Origin: Anaeromyxobacter sp.
GTDB taxonomy: Bacteria; Myxococcota; Myxococcia; Myxococcales; Anaeromyxobacteraceae
Assembly: GCA_049840735.1 (NCBI GenBank)
Contig: JASGJN010000022.1
Coordinates: forward strand, 288,001 to 352,000
Reading direction: 5' to 3'
Length of the DNA stretch: 64,000 nucleotides
Numbering within the stretch: position 1 is the first letter of the stretch; each line of letters opens with the position of its first letter. Positions 28,743-39,564 of this stretch are shown here, in pieces. A model generated the notes under the pieces. The model was not told where the DNA came from. It saw only the letters and a list, made by a program, of their open reading frames with translations, and searched no databases. Made by a program: the position numbers and the translations under genes.

Positions 28743-29936
28743 TCACGAGGCTCCGCCCAGCAGCCGCCGGACCACCTCGAGCAGGCACGCCAGCCGTCGC
28801 CCCGCGCGCCCCGCCACGGCGGGCGCCGGCAGCTCGGCGCGGCCCAGCATCCGCAGCGCCTGCTCCACGCCGCCGGGGCGGCGCCCCAGGCGACGGGTGC
28901 ACTCGACCCGCAGGTCGGCGAAGTCGCGCAGCGCAGCGCCCTCCAGCTCCAGCAGGTGGACGGCGTACGGACCCCAGCCGCAGAGCAGCTCGCCGGGTCG
29001 CAGGAAGTGCTCGAACCTGGCCAGCGCCTCGGCCACCGGCTCGCCGGCGCGCAGCCGGTCCTCGGAGAGCTCCAGCATGACGGGGGTCTTCGGGTCCAGG
29101 GGCCGGCACGGCGCCACCACCGCCTCGAACCGCTCGCCGGTGTGGAGCCGCTCGGCCACCAGCTGGACCAGCTCCGGCTCCACCTCGGACAGCGGCGCGC
29201 CGCCCGCCCAGCCGTGGGCCTCCGCCACCACCGCGACCACCTCCGCCGGGCGCGCGCGGAGCGCCTCCAGCGTGAGGTCCAGGCGAGGCCGCCGGGGGCC
29301 CTGGTGCGACATCCGCCGCGGCGGTCCGGTCCGGCGCTGCTGCTCCTCCAGCTGGAGATCCACCATCCGGTCGAAGACCTCCAGGATGGGCAGGAAGCGC
29401 TCCGGTCGGCCCTCGAGCGCGCCGAGCAGGTGGACCACGGCCTCGATGGTGGAGACGCACTCGGCCGACGGCTCGGCGCGGATCCGGTAGTTCGATGGCC
29501 GGGCCGGCGCGAGGCCGATGCGCGGCAGCGCCTGCAGGAACGGGTTGAGCCGGATGAGCTTGCGCGCCTGCTGCCAGGTGCCGTCCACCACGATCACCGT
29601 GCTCGGCGCGCGCCCCTGCAGCGCCGCGGGATCCAGCGCGCCCTCGCCCGGGAAGAGCAGGGCCGTGCCCTGCGCGGCGGCCAGCTCTCGAACGCGCGGG
29701 TGGAGCTCGAACGAGACCCCCACGTGCAGCTCGGAGTTGGGCAGCGAGAGGTGCGCCATGCGGGCCGTGCCGATCGCGGTCCTCCGCTCGCGGACGTGCT
29801 GGAGGATGCAGGCGCGCGTGGCGCTCTCGACCGGCCTGAGGTGCCGGCACCAGCAGGTGCGCACCGGCCGCCGGCAGCGGCGGCAGGACTCGCGGTGCAG
29901 GGGGTCGGCGAGGGCCGGGGAGGTGGAGGTGCCCAT
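28743..29936 (-). CDS. DTW-domain tRNA-uridine aminocarboxypropyltransferase (TapT-like) with C-terminal degenerate exonuclease-like domain
   Basis: CxxC...CxC, ILQH..E, GTAR, LLFP, VDGTWQQARKL, YRIR, STIEA; about 170 aa extra C-terminal domain. Confidence 0.82.
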   Translation of the reverse strand: MGTSTSPALADPLHRESCRRCRRPVRTCWCRHLRPVESATRACILQHVRERRTAIGTARMAHLSLPNSELHVGVSFELHPRVRELAAAQGTALLFPGEGALDPAALQGRAPSTVIVVDGTWQQARKLIRLNPFLQALPRIGLAPARPSNYRIRAEPSAECVSTIEAVVHLLGALEGRPERFLPILEVFDRMVDLQLEEQQRRTGPPRRMSHQGPRRPRLDLTLEALRARPAEVVAVVAEAHGWAGGAPLSEVEPELVQLVAERLHTGERFEAVVAPCRPLDPKTPVMLELSEDRLRAGEPVAEALARFEHFLRPGELLCGWGPYAVHLLELEGAALRDFADLRVECTRRLGRRPGGVEQALRMLGRAELPAPAVAGRAGRRLACLLEVVRRLLGGAS

Positions 29937-30067
29937 GGTCGCGGCCAGCCGCGGATGCTACCACGCGCGGCGCGCGGACGTCGGGGCGCCGCGCCGCAGG
30001 TCCCCTGGGCGGGACGCTGGCATGCTACGCAGCGTCGAAGGGAACCACCAGCCAAGGAGCCCCTGCC

Positions 30068-30975
30068 TTGAAGCCCATCCTGATCGCAGGCGGAGATCAA
30101 CCTGGAGACCACGTTGCGGGTGGACGGGTTCCCGCTGGCCTACCAGCCCGTCCACTACCCCTTCCACCAGATGGCGTCGTCGGTGGCCGGCGTGGGCGTG
30201 AACCAGGGGCAGGCCTACCGGGCGCTGGGGCGGTCCGTCCGGCTGCTCGGGCTGACCGGCCGCGACCTGCGCGGCCGGACCATCCTGGCGGGCCTGGACG
30301 AGTACGGGCTGGACCGGCGCTTCATCCGGCAGGACCTGGCCAGCGCGCCCCAGTCGCTGATCCTCTTCGAATCCGACGGGCCGCCGGATGATCTTCAACG
30401 ACCTGAAGGACGTCCAGGACGCCCGCTATCCCGAGGCGGAGGCGCTCCAGGCGATGGACGGGGTCGAGGCGGCGGTGCTGTGCAACATGAACTTCGTGCG
30501 CCCGCTGCTGGGGGAGGCCCGGGCGCGGCGCATCCCCGTCGTCACCGACGTGCACACGATCGACGATCCGGAGGATCCGTACAACCGGGAGTTCCTGGCC
30601 GGCGCCGACACCGTGTTCGTCTCGAACGAGCACTTCGCCGGCCGGGAGAAGGAGTTCGCCGGGGAGCTGATCAGGCGCTACGGCTTCGGCCTCCTGATCA
30701 TCGGGATGGGCGCCGAGGGCGCCCTCCTGTACCGCCGCGACGCGGACCGCTGGCACCACAGCCCCGCGCCGCGCCTGCGCGAGGTGGTGAACACCATCGG
30801 CGCCGGCGACGCGCTCTCGGCCAGCTTCGTCGACGGCTGGCTGCGCGGGCTGGGGCCGGAGGCGGCGCTCGACCGCGCCTGCGTCTTCGCCGCCTGGAAG
30901 GTGGGCGCGCGCGGGGCCGCGGAGGGGTTCCTCACGGCGGCGGAGCTGGAGCAGACGCTGGCGCGGCGGAGGTGA
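30068..30975 (+). CDS. PfkB family carbohydrate kinase (apparent frameshifts near 30095 and 30369)
   Basis: INLETTL.VDGFPL.Y.P, GVG.NQ, VTDVH, VVNTIGAGDA. Confidence 0.85.
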
Positions 30976-31063
30976 GCGCGGGGCCGCGCGGCCAGGTCAT
31001 CGCCCATCTCGCTGGGAGACAGCGACTTCCGGCGATGGGACTCGGAGTGGGGCATCGCGCTGC

Positions 31064-31093
31064 TTGACACCTCGCCCGGTCCGCCGCTACACG
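31064..31093 (+). promoter_or_regulatory. Sigma-70 promoter candidate for the cob operon
   Basis: TTGACA-N18-TACACG, about 15 bp before the riboswitch. Confidence 0.6.
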
Positions 31094-31107
31094 CAGGGAA
31101 GAAATAA

Positions 31108-31279
31108 CCCGGGTGCCCGCATACGGGCGTAACAGGGAAGCCGGTGAGAATCCGGCGCGGTCCCGCCACTGTGAGTGGGGAGCCGCCTTCGAGAAGCCAC
31201 TCGGCGAGAGCGCCGGGGAAGGCGAAGGCGGCGCGAGGGGAAGCTCCCCCGAACCCACGAGCCAGGAGACCTACCCGGG
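31108..31279 (+). promoter_or_regulatory. Cobalamin riboswitch, copy B
   Basis: GGTGCCC..AACAGGGAAGCCGGTGAGAATCCGGCGCGGTCCCGCCACTGT..GAGCCAGGAGACCTACC; heads the B12 operon. Confidence 0.96.
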
Positions 31280-31363
31280 CCAGGCGAGGACGCCATGCCA
31301 CGTGGTGGCCGTCCCGCGAGCGCGGAGATCGCTCGCCGGGACCCTTATCCGGAGTCTTGCGTC

Positions 31364-32173
31364 GTGCCCCCTGCGCGGGAGCGCACCGCTGTCCTGATCC
31401 TGGGACACGGCAGCCGGGTCGCGCGCGCGAACCAACAGTTCGAAGCGCTGGTCGCGGCCTACCGGCGCCGCAGGCCCGACCTGGACATCGCGCACGCCTA
31501 CGTCGAGCTGGCGGCGCCGCTGCTCGCCGAGGCGCTGGCCGCGCTGGCCCGGCGGGCTGATCGCGTGCTGGTCCTGCCGCTGTTCCTCCTGGCGGCCGGC
31601 CACGTGAAGGACGACGTCCCGGAGGCGCTCGCCGCCGCCCGCGCCGCGTTCCCGCAGGTGGGCTTCGGGGCGGCCCGCGCCATCGGCGCCGTGAACGGGC
31701 TGGCCGAGCTGGCGCTGCAGCGGCTGGCGGCGCAGGTGCCGCTCAATGGGCCGGAGGCGGCGCGCACGGCGTTGCTCGGGGTGGGGCGCGGGTCGTCCGA
31801 CTTCGACGCGAACGGCGAGCTGTGCAAGCTGGTGCGCGTGCTGGGCGAGCGCGGCGGGTTCGCGCGCGCCGAGCCCAGCTTCATCGCCGTCACGCGCCCG
31901 CTGGTGCCGCCGGCGCTCGAGGACCTGGCCCGGCTCCACGCCGGCCCCATCCTCGTGTGGCCCTTCTTCCTGTTCGAGGGGCTGCTGATGCAGCAGCTGG
32001 CGCGCGAGGTGGACGCCTTCCGGGCGGCGCACCCGGAGCGTCAGGTGCGCCTGGCCGGACACCTGGGCCTCGACGAGCGGCTCCTGGCCTTGCTCGACGA
32101 GCGGCTGGCGTGGGTCACCGACGGCACGGGCGCCTCGCCCTGCGGCGCCTGCCCCAGGACGGCGGCGGCCTGA
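31364..32173 (+). CDS. cbiX: Sirohydrochlorin cobaltochelatase (two-domain CbiX)
   Basis: LILGHGSR, AYVELAAP, PLFLLAAGHVKDDVP, VGRGSSD..AN, PFFLFEG, C-terminal CGAC. Confidence 0.9.
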   Translation: MPPARERTAVLILGHGSRVARANQQFEALVAAYRRRRPDLDIAHAYVELAAPLLAEALAALARRADRVLVLPLFLLAAGHVKDDVPEALAAARAAFPQVGFGAARAIGAVNGLAELALQRLAAQVPLNGPEAARTALLGVGRGSSDFDANGELCKLVRVLGERGGFARAEPSFIAVTRPLVPPALEDLARLHAGPILVWPFFLFEGLLMQQLAREVDAFRAAHPERQVRLAGHLGLDERLLALLDERLAWVTDGTGASPCGACPRTAAA

Positions 32174-32235
32174 CCGGCGCGGCGGACAGCTGCGTCCGCC
32201 GCCCGCGTTCCATTCGAGCCAAGGCGAGGAGCCCC

Positions 32236-33033
32236 GTGAAGAAGATCTGCCTCGTCGGGATCGGCACCGGCCATCCCGATCACCTGACCATCCAGGCCGT
32301 CCGCGCGCTGGCGCAGGCGAAGGCCTTCTACATCCTGGAGAAGGAGACCGAGCGCAACCAGGACCTGGTGAAGGCCCGGCTCGAGCTGCTGGAGCGCCAC
32401 GCGCCCGGGAAGGATCACCGGGTGCGGCTGGTGCGGATCCCGGCGCGGAGGCGGGGCGGCCGGGCGCTGGCCGACTACCAGGAGCGGGTCTCCGCCTGGA
32501 GGCGGCGGAAGGCCGAGCTGCTCGCGGCCGCGATCCGGGAGGACCTCGGCGAGGGCGAGACCGGGGCCATCCTGGCCTGGGGCGATCCGGCCCTGTACGA
32601 CGGCCACATCGAGATCCTGGAGGAGATCCGGCGCGAGGGGTGGGTGGACTTCGAGCTGGAGGTCATCCCCGGCATCACCAGCATGCAGGTGCTGGCCGCG
32701 CGCCACCGGATCCCGCTGAACCTGGCCGGCGAGAGCGTGCTGGTCACCACCGGCCGGCGCCTGCGCGAACTCGATCCGGCTGGGGTCGAGACCGCGGTGG
32801 TGCTCCTCGACAACGCCCAGTCCTACCGCCGCCTGGGCGAGGCGGAGCTCGACATCTACTGGGGCGCCTACCTCGGGACGGAGGACGAGATCCTCGTCTC
32901 CGGCGAGGCGAGGGCGGTGGTCGACCAGATCGTGCAGGCGCGGCAGGAGGCCCGCAAGCGCAAGGGCTGGGTGATGGAGACGTACCTGCTGCGGGCCCGA
33001 AACGCCCCGCGCAGCCAGGAGGACGCGCCGTGA
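32236..33033 (+). CDS. cobF: Precorrin-6A synthase (deacetylating) CobF
   Basis: GIGTGHPDHLTIQAVRAL, WGDPALYD, IPGITS..LAARHRIPLN, TTGRRL, IYWGAYLGTEDEIL, GWVMETYLLR. Confidence 0.92.
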   Translation: MKKICLVGIGTGHPDHLTIQAVRALAQAKAFYILEKETERNQDLVKARLELLERHAPGKDHRVRLVRIPARRRGGRALADYQERVSAWRRRKAELLAAAIREDLGEGETGAILAWGDPALYDGHIEILEEIRREGWVDFELEVIPGITSMQVLAARHRIPLNLAGESVLVTTGRRLRELDPAGVETAVVLLDNAQSYRRLGEAELDIYWGAYLGTEDEILVSGEARAVVDQIVQARQEARKRKGWVMETYLLRARNAPRSQEDAP

Positions 33034-33651
33034 GCGGGCGCTTGGTGGCGGCGGGGAGGCGGATTCGAGGAGGAGAGCTTCGCGATCATCGATCGCGAGG
33101 CGGGCCGCCACGCGTTCGGCCAGCGCGAGTGGGCGGTGGTGCGCCGGGTGGTCCACGCCACCGCCGACTTCGAGTTCGTGCGGACGCTGGAGCTCCACCC
33201 GGCGGCGGTGGCGGCAGGGGTCGCGGCCCTGGCGGCGGGCGCGTCGGTGGTGGCGGACGTGCGCATGATCGCCGCCGGCCTGCCCCGGCTCGAGGTCCGC
33301 TGCTTCATCGGCGACGCCGACGTGGTCGAGGCGGCGCGGGCCGCCGGCACCACCCGAGCCGCCCAGGCCATGCGCAAGGCGGCGCGCCTGGGGCTGCTCC
33401 AGGGCGCGGTGATCGCGGTGGGAAACGCGCCCACCGCGCTGTCCGAGCTCCAGCGCCTGTGCCTGGAGCAGGGGGTCCGGCCGGCGCTGGTGGTGGCCGT
33501 GCCGGTCGGCTTCGTGGGCGCGGCCGAGTCGAAGGAGGCCGCGCGGGCGCTGCCGGTGCCCTGGGTCGTCTCCCGGGGGCGAAAGGGCGGCACGCCGGTC
33601 GCCGTGGCCATCCTGAACGCGCTGGCCCTCCTGGGCGAGGAGGCGTCATGA
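33030..33651 (+). CDS. cobH: Precorrin-8X methylmutase CobH/CbiC (apparent frameshift at 33062)
   Basis: IEEESFAIID, RRVVHATADF, GNAPTAL, PVGFVGAAESK, GRKGG. Confidence 0.92.
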
Positions 33652-34892
33652 GCCGGCTGGTCGCGCTGATCGGCGTCGGCGCCGACGGCCGCGCAGGGCT
33701 GACCGCACGGGCCGAGGCGGCCCTCGCGGCGGCCGAGGTGCTGGCCGGCGGCGAGCGCCACCTCGCGCTCTTCCCCGACTTCCGGGGCGAGCGGCTGGTG
33801 ATGGGCAAGGACCTGGCCGCGGCGGTGGAGCGGCTCGCGGCGCTGGCCGCGGAGCGCGCCGTGTGCGTGCTCGCCTCGGGCGACCCGCTCTTCTTCGGCG
33901 TGGGCGCGCGCATCCTGGCGCGCCTGGGGGCGGACCGGGTCGAGGTCCTGCCCCAGCCCAGCTCGATGCAGTGGGCCTTCGCCAGGGCCGGGATGTCCTG
34001 GGAGGACGCGGCGCTGCTCTCGGTGCACGGGCGGGCGCTCTCCGGCGTGGCCGCGCGGCTGCGGCGCGCCCGAAAGGCCGCCGTCCTCACCGGGGGTCCG
34101 GAGGGCCCCGCGGCGCTGGCGCACCACCTGGTCGTACACGGCGAGCGCGGGCTGGCGGCCTGGCTGTGCGAGGACCTGGGCGGCCCGGCCGAGCGCGTGC
34201 GCCGCTTCGCGGATCTCGAGGCGCTGGCCGCCGCCGGTGAGGCCGCGCCGCTCAACCTGGTGCTGCTCGCGCGGCAGGACCCGGCCTGGCGGCCGCCGCC
34301 GGCGCTCCTCCACCTGCCCGAGGAGGCGCTGGAGATGCGCCGCCCGCGCGCCGGCCTGGTGACGAAGCGCGAGGTGCGGGCGCTGGTCCTGGCTGCGCTC
34401 CGGCTCCGGCCCGACGCGGTGGTGTGGGACGTGGGCGCGGGCTCGGGTTCGGTGGCCCTCGAGGCGGCGGCCCTGGCGCCGGAGGGGCGGGTCTACGCGG
34501 TGGAGCGCAACGCCGAGTCGGCCGCCCACTGCCGCGCCAACGCGCGCGCCCACGGGATGGACCAGCTCACGGTGGTCGAGGGCGCGGCCCCGGAGGCGCT
34601 CGCGCGGCTGGAGGCGCCGGACGCGGTCTTCGTCGGCGGGAGCGGCGGCGCGCTGGAGGCCATCGTGGCGGCGGCGCTGGCGCGGCTCCGCCCCGGCGGG
34701 CGGCTGGTGGTGGCGGCGGTGACGCTCGAGACCCTGGAGGGCGCGCGCCGTGCGCTGGCGGCGGGCGGCGCGGTCCCGGAGCTCATCCTGGTGTCCGCAG
34801 CGCGCGGCGTCCCGGTGGGCGAGCGGTTGCGGCTCGACCCGCTGACGCCGGTCTTCCTGCTCGCGGCCACGCGCCCGGGGGACCGCCCGTGA
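33648..34892 (+). CDS. cbiE: Precorrin-6Y C5,15-methyltransferase (decarboxylating), CbiE-CbiT fusion
   Basis: GGERHL, ASGDPLFFG, LSVHGR, VTKREVR, WDVGAGSGSV, DAVFVGGSGG. Confidence 0.93.
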   Translation: MSRLVALIGVGADGRAGLTARAEAALAAAEVLAGGERHLALFPDFRGERLVMGKDLAAAVERLAALAAERAVCVLASGDPLFFGVGARILARLGADRVEVLPQPSSMQWAFARAGMSWEDAALLSVHGRALSGVAARLRRARKAAVLTGGPEGPAALAHHLVVHGERGLAAWLCEDLGGPAERVRRFADLEALAAAGEAAPLNLVLLARQDPAWRPPPALLHLPEEALEMRRPRAGLVTKREVRALVLAALRLRPDAVVWDVGAGSGSVALEAAALAPEGRVYAVERNAESAAHCRANARAHGMDQLTVVEGAAPEALARLEAPDAVFVGGSGGALEAIVAAALARLRPGGRLVVAAVTLETLEGARRALAAGGAVPELILVSAARGVPVGERLRLDPLTPVFLLAATRPGDRP

Positions 34893-35611
34893 GCGCCACC
34901 CTCCTCGGCGTCGGGGTCGGCCCCGGCGCGCCGGACCTCCTCACGCTCCGCGCGGTGGCGGCGCTGCGCGGCGCGCCGGTCCTGGCCGCGCCGCGGACCT
35001 CGGACGAGGCCGAGCCGCTGGCCTGGCGGATCGCGCGGGAGGCGGCGGGCGAGGTGCCCGGCCAGGAGCGGCTGCTCCTCACCTTCCCCATGACCCGCGC
35101 CCCGTCCGTGCGCGCGGCGGCCCGGGAGGCGGCGGTGGCCGCGGTGGCGGCGCGCCTGGCCGCGGGCCGCTCGGTGGCCTTCGTGACCGAGGGTGATCCG
35201 CTGCTCTACAGCACCTTCCTCGATCTGCTCGAGGCGGCGCCGCGGGCCGGCGCGCGCGTCGAGGTGGTGCCCGGGATCTCGTCGGTGACCGCCGTGGCGG
35301 CCGCCGCCTGCGTTCCGCTGGCCGACGGCGAGGACGCGGTGGCGGTGCTGCCGGCGGCCCGCGCGCTGCGCGACCTGCCCGGCCTGGTGCGCGCGTTCGA
35401 GACCCTGCTGCTGCTCAAGGCCGGGCGGCACCTGCCGGCGCTCGCCGCCGGGCTGGGGGAGCTGGGGCTGGCGGGGCAGGCCTGGGCGGTCACCAACGCC
35501 AGCCGTCCCGACCAGCAGGTGACGCCGCTCACCCGGCTGGAGGCGACCGCCCCGCAGGCCGGCTACTTCACGACCGTCCTGGTGCGGACGGCGCCGGAGC
35601 TGCGTCCATGA
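34889..35611 (+). CDS. cobI: Precorrin-2 C20-methyltransferase CobI/CbiL
   Basis: GVGVGPGAPDLLTLRA, FPMT, EGDPLLYSTF, VPGISS. Confidence 0.9.
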   Translation: MSATLLGVGVGPGAPDLLTLRAVAALRGAPVLAAPRTSDEAEPLAWRIAREAAGEVPGQERLLLTFPMTRAPSVRAAAREAAVAAVAARLAAGRSVAFVTEGDPLLYSTFLDLLEAAPRAGARVEVVPGISSVTAVAAAACVPLADGEDAVAVLPAARALRDLPGLVRAFETLLLLKAGRHLPALAAGLGELGLAGQAWAVTNASRPDQQVTPLTRLEATAPQAGYFTTVLVRTAPELRP

Positions 35612-36700
35612 GGCGCCGGCTCGCCATCCACGCCGCCACGGCCGGCGGCGCGCGCCTCGGTCGGCGGATTGCCGCGGGCCTCGGCGGCGAGCTGTTCGCG
35701 GCCGAGCGCTTCGCCGCGGAGGTGGGGGGCGCGCCCGTTCGCCCTGCCGATGCGCGACGCGGTGGCAGGGGCCTTTCGCGCCCACGACGCCCACGTCTTC
35801 GTGCTGGCGGTCGGGGCCACGGTGCGGCTGGTGGCCCCGCTCCTGACCCGCAAGCAGGCCGATCCGGCGGTGGTGTGCGTGGACGAGGCCGGCCGGTTCG
35901 CGGTGGCGCTGCTCGGGGGTCACCGCGGCGGGGCCAATGCGCTGGCCGGCGAGGTGGCGGCGGCCATCGGCGCCACCCCCGTGGTCACAACCGCCTCCGA
36001 CGTGCTGGGAACGCTGGCGGTGGATTTGCTGGGGCGCGAGCTGGGCTTCGTGCTGGAGGATCCGGGCGGAGTGGCCACGCGCGCCGCGGCGGCGGTGGTG
36101 AACGGCGAGCCGGTCGCGCTGGTACAGGAGGCCGGCTCGCGCGCCTGGTGGCCCGCCGGCGAGCCGCTGCCGCCGAACCTCACCCCGCTCTCCTCGGCCG
36201 ACGCGCTCGACCCCGACCGGTTCGCCGCTGCGCTGATCATCAGCGACCGGCTCCTGGCCGGCCCGCTGCGCGTCCGCGCGCTGCTCTACCGGCCGCCGAC
36301 CCTGGCGGCCGGGGTGGGCTGCGACCGCGGCGCGCCGGCCGCTGCCATCCTGGGGGCGCTCGAGGCCGTGCTGGCCGGGCGCGGACTGGCCCGGGCCTCC
36401 GTCGCGTGGCTGGCCTCCGTGGACGTGAAGCGGGACGAGGCGGGCCTCATCGAGGCCGCCGCGGCGCTGGCGCGGCCGCTGCGCCTCTACCCGGCCGGCG
36501 AGCTCGACGCCGTCCCCGGCCTCGAGCGCCCATCGGAGGTGGTGCGCCGCTGCGTGGGGACGCGCGGCGTGTGCGAGCCGGCCGCGCTGCTCAGCGCCGG
36601 CGCCGACCGCCTCCTCGTCCCCAAGCAGCTCCACCGCGATCCCGACTCCGGCAAGGCCGTGACCATCGCGATCGCCCGCATCCCGCAGGAGCAGGCATGA
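35608..36700 (+). CDS. cbiG: Cobalt-precorrin-5A hydrolase CbiG (apparent frameshift near the G-run at ~35725)
   Basis: AVGATVRLVAP, K..DPAVVCVDE, LLGGHRGGAN, PVVTTASD, GVGCDRG, GVCEPAAL. Confidence 0.9.
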
Positions 36701-37488
36701 GCCGGGGTTCCTTGAAGGTGGTCGGCCTGGGGCCGGGCGCCCACGATCAGCTGACGCCGGCCGCCAGGGCCGCGCTGGAGGAGGCCGAGGTGGTCCTCGG
36801 CTACCGTCCCTACCTCGAGCTGGCCGGACCGCTGCTGGCCGGCAAGGCGCGGGTGGACGGGCGCATGCGCGGCGAGACCGATCGGGCGCGGGACGCCATC
36901 GACCGCGCGCGCCAGGGGCGACGCGTGGCGCTGGTCTCCTCCGGCGACGCCGGCGTGTACGGGATGGCGGGCCTGGTGCTCGAAATCCTGCGCGACCAGG
37001 GCTGGCGGCGCGGCGACGGCTTCGACCTGGCCGTCCTCCCCGGCGTCACCGCGCTCGGCTCGTGCGCGGCGCTGGCCGGCGCGCCGCTGGGCCACGACTT
37101 CTGCGCCATCTCGCTCTCCGACCTGCTCACGCCCTGGGAGGTGATCGCGCGGCGCCTGGAGGCGGCCGCGGCGGCGGACTTCGTGGTGGGCCTGTACAAC
37201 CCCGCCAGCACCCGGCGGCGCCGTCCGCTGGCCGAGGCCCACGCCATCCTCTCGCGCCACCGTCCGGCCACCACGCCTGTGGCGGTGGTGACCGACGCCT
37301 ACCGCGAAGGCCAGCGGGTGGTGCTGAGCGACCTGGGGCGGCTCCTCTCCGAGGAGATCGGCATGACCACCACCGTGGTGGTGGGAGCGACCAGCACCTT
37401 CGCCTTCGAGGGCTACCTGGTCACGCCGCGCGGCTACGGCGACAAGTACGGCGGCGAGCGCGGGCTGGCCGGGGAGGCGCGGCCATGA
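36697..37488 (+). CDS. cobJ: Precorrin-3B C17-methyltransferase CobJ/CbiH
   Basis: VVGLGPG, VSSGDAGVYGMA, GAPLGHDFCAISLSDLLTPW, LYNP, TPRGY. Confidence 0.95.
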   Translation: MSRGSLKVVGLGPGAHDQLTPAARAALEEAEVVLGYRPYLELAGPLLAGKARVDGRMRGETDRARDAIDRARQGRRVALVSSGDAGVYGMAGLVLEILRDQGWRRGDGFDLAVLPGVTALGSCAALAGAPLGHDFCAISLSDLLTPWEVIARRLEAAAAADFVVGLYNPASTRRRRPLAEAHAILSRHRPATTPVAVVTDAYREGQRVVLSDLGRLLSEEIGMTTTVVVGATSTFAFEGYLVTPRGYGDKYGGERGLAGEARP

Positions 37489-38249
37489 AGGTCTGGTTCG
37501 TGGGGGCAGGCCCGGGGGCGCCGGACCTCATCACCGTGCGTGGCGCCGAGCTGGTGGCCCGGTGCCCGGTGGTGCTGTACGCCGGCTCGCTGGTCCCGCG
37601 GGCCGTGGTGGCCCGCGCCCGGCCGGACGCCCTGGTCCTCGACAGCGCGGGCATGACGCTGGACCAGATCGTGGAGGTCTTCGTCGAGGCCCGCCGCCGC
37701 GATCAGGACGTGGCCCGCGTGCACACCGGCGACCCCTCGCTCTTCGGCGCCATCGGCGAGCAGCTGCGCCGGCTCGACGCGCTGGGCATCGAGCACGAGG
37801 TGGTCCCGGGCGTCTCCTCGTTCACCGCCGCGGCCGCCGCGCTGCAGTGCGAGCTCACGCTGCCGGGCGTCTCGCAGGCGGTGATCGTGGCCCGGGCGGC
37901 GGGGCGGACGCCCGTCCCGGCCGGCCAGGAGCTGGCGGCGCTGGCGCAGCACCGGGCCACGCTGGCGCTGTTCCTGTCGGCAGGGCTGCTGGAGGAGGCG
38001 GTGGCGGCGCTGGCGCCGGCCTACGGCGCCGGCTGCCCGGCCGCCATCGTCCACCGCGCCAGCTGGCCCGACCAGCGCGTGCTGCGAGGCCGGCTGGAGG
38101 AGCTCCCGGCGCTGGCGCGCGCGCACGGGATCGGCGCCACCGCGATGGTGCTGGTGGGCCAGGCGCTGGGGGCCGGCGAGTTCCCCGACTCGCGGCTGTA
38201 CGCGGCGGAGTTCGCCCACGGGTTCCGCACGCCGGAGGTCGAGCCATGA
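37485..38249 (+). CDS. cobM: Precorrin-4 C11-methyltransferase CobM/CbiF
   Basis: FVGAGPGAPDLITVRG, YAGSLV, RVHTGDPSLFGA..EQ, ASWPDQ, SRLY..F.HGFR. Confidence 0.95.
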   Translation: MKVWFVGAGPGAPDLITVRGAELVARCPVVLYAGSLVPRAVVARARPDALVLDSAGMTLDQIVEVFVEARRRDQDVARVHTGDPSLFGAIGEQLRRLDALGIEHEVVPGVSSFTAAAAALQCELTLPGVSQAVIVARAAGRTPVPAGQELAALAQHRATLALFLSAGLLEEAVAALAPAYGAGCPAAIVHRASWPDQRVLRGRLEELPALARAHGIGATAMVLVGQALGAGEFPDSRLYAAEFAHGFRTPEVEP

Positions 38250-39564
38250 CGCCGCTGCGCATCGCCGTCACCGGCTCGGCCGGCACCGGCAAGACCACGC
38301 TGGCGCGGATGCTGGCGGAGCGGCTGGGGCTGCCGCTGGTGGCCGAGGAGACCCGCGCCTGGCTGGAGGGCGGCGGCCCGTGCCTGTCTTCGCTGCCGCC
38401 GGCCCGGGCGCGCGAGGTCCTCTCCGAGCTGTGGCGGCGCCGGCAGGCCGCGGAGCGGGCCCACCCTCGCGGCTTCGTGGCCGACAACTGCAGCCTCGAC
38501 TTCGCCGCCTACGCCCTGCACCACGGCTGCGCCGCCGAGGGGGACGCGGGCTCCGCCGCGCTGCTGGCGGAGGCCTCGGCGCACCTCGCGAGCTACGACG
38601 CCGTCCTGGTCCTGCCGTGGGGAGCCATCCCCTACGCGCTCGACGGCGTGCGCTCGCCCGAGCCGGCGCTGGAGCTCAGGTACCAGCTGGTGCTGGAGGG
38701 GCTGCTCCGGCGCGACGGCAATCCCGAGCGCGTACACGCGGCGGCGGCCGGGCCGGCCTCGCCCGCGGCGCGGCTGGCCTGGGCGCTGGAGGTGGCCGGC
38801 CGCGCGCGCCCCGGGAGCGGCTGGGTGGCGCTGGTGGGCGCGGGTCCAGGCGATCCCGGCCTCCTCACCGTCCGCGCCCGCGCGCTGCTCGCCTGCTGCG
38901 ACGTCGTCGCCTACGACGAGCTGGTCCCCCCGGCGCTGCTGGCGCTGGTGCGCCCCGGCGCCGAGCGCCTGGCCGTGGGCCGCCGCTGCCACGGCCGGCG
39001 GGCGCCCATGCGGCTCCATCCGGACGTGCTGGAGCGGGCCCTGGCCGGGAAGCGCGTGGTGCGCCTCAAGGCCGGCGATCCCTTCGTGTTCGGCCGCGGC
39101 GGCGAGGAGGCGGAGGACCTGGCGCGGGCCGGCGTGGCCTTCGAGGTGGTGCCGGGGATCTCCGCCGCGCTGGGGGCCGCGGCCGCGGCCTGGATCCCGC
39201 TCACCCACCGGGAGCTGAGCTCGGACGTCACCTTCGCCACCGGCCATGACCTGACCCACGCCGCCCTGCCGGCCCGGAGCGCCTGGGCGGCGCTGGCGCC
39301 GGGCGGGACCCTGGTCCTCTACATGGCCTCGCGCTCGCTGGCGCGGAACCTCTCCCGGCTGGTGGCGCATGGGCGATCGCCGACCACGCCTGCAGCCTGG
39401 ATCGCCGCGGCCACCCGGCCTGAGCAGCAGGTGGTGGTGGGCACGGTGGGCGACCTCGCCTCCCGGGTCGGCGAGCAGGGGGACGCCCCGGCCCTGGTGA
39501 TCGTCGGGGAGGTGGTGCGGGTGCGTGAGCGGCTGCAGGCCCTGGTGCAGGCCGGGAGGGCCGC

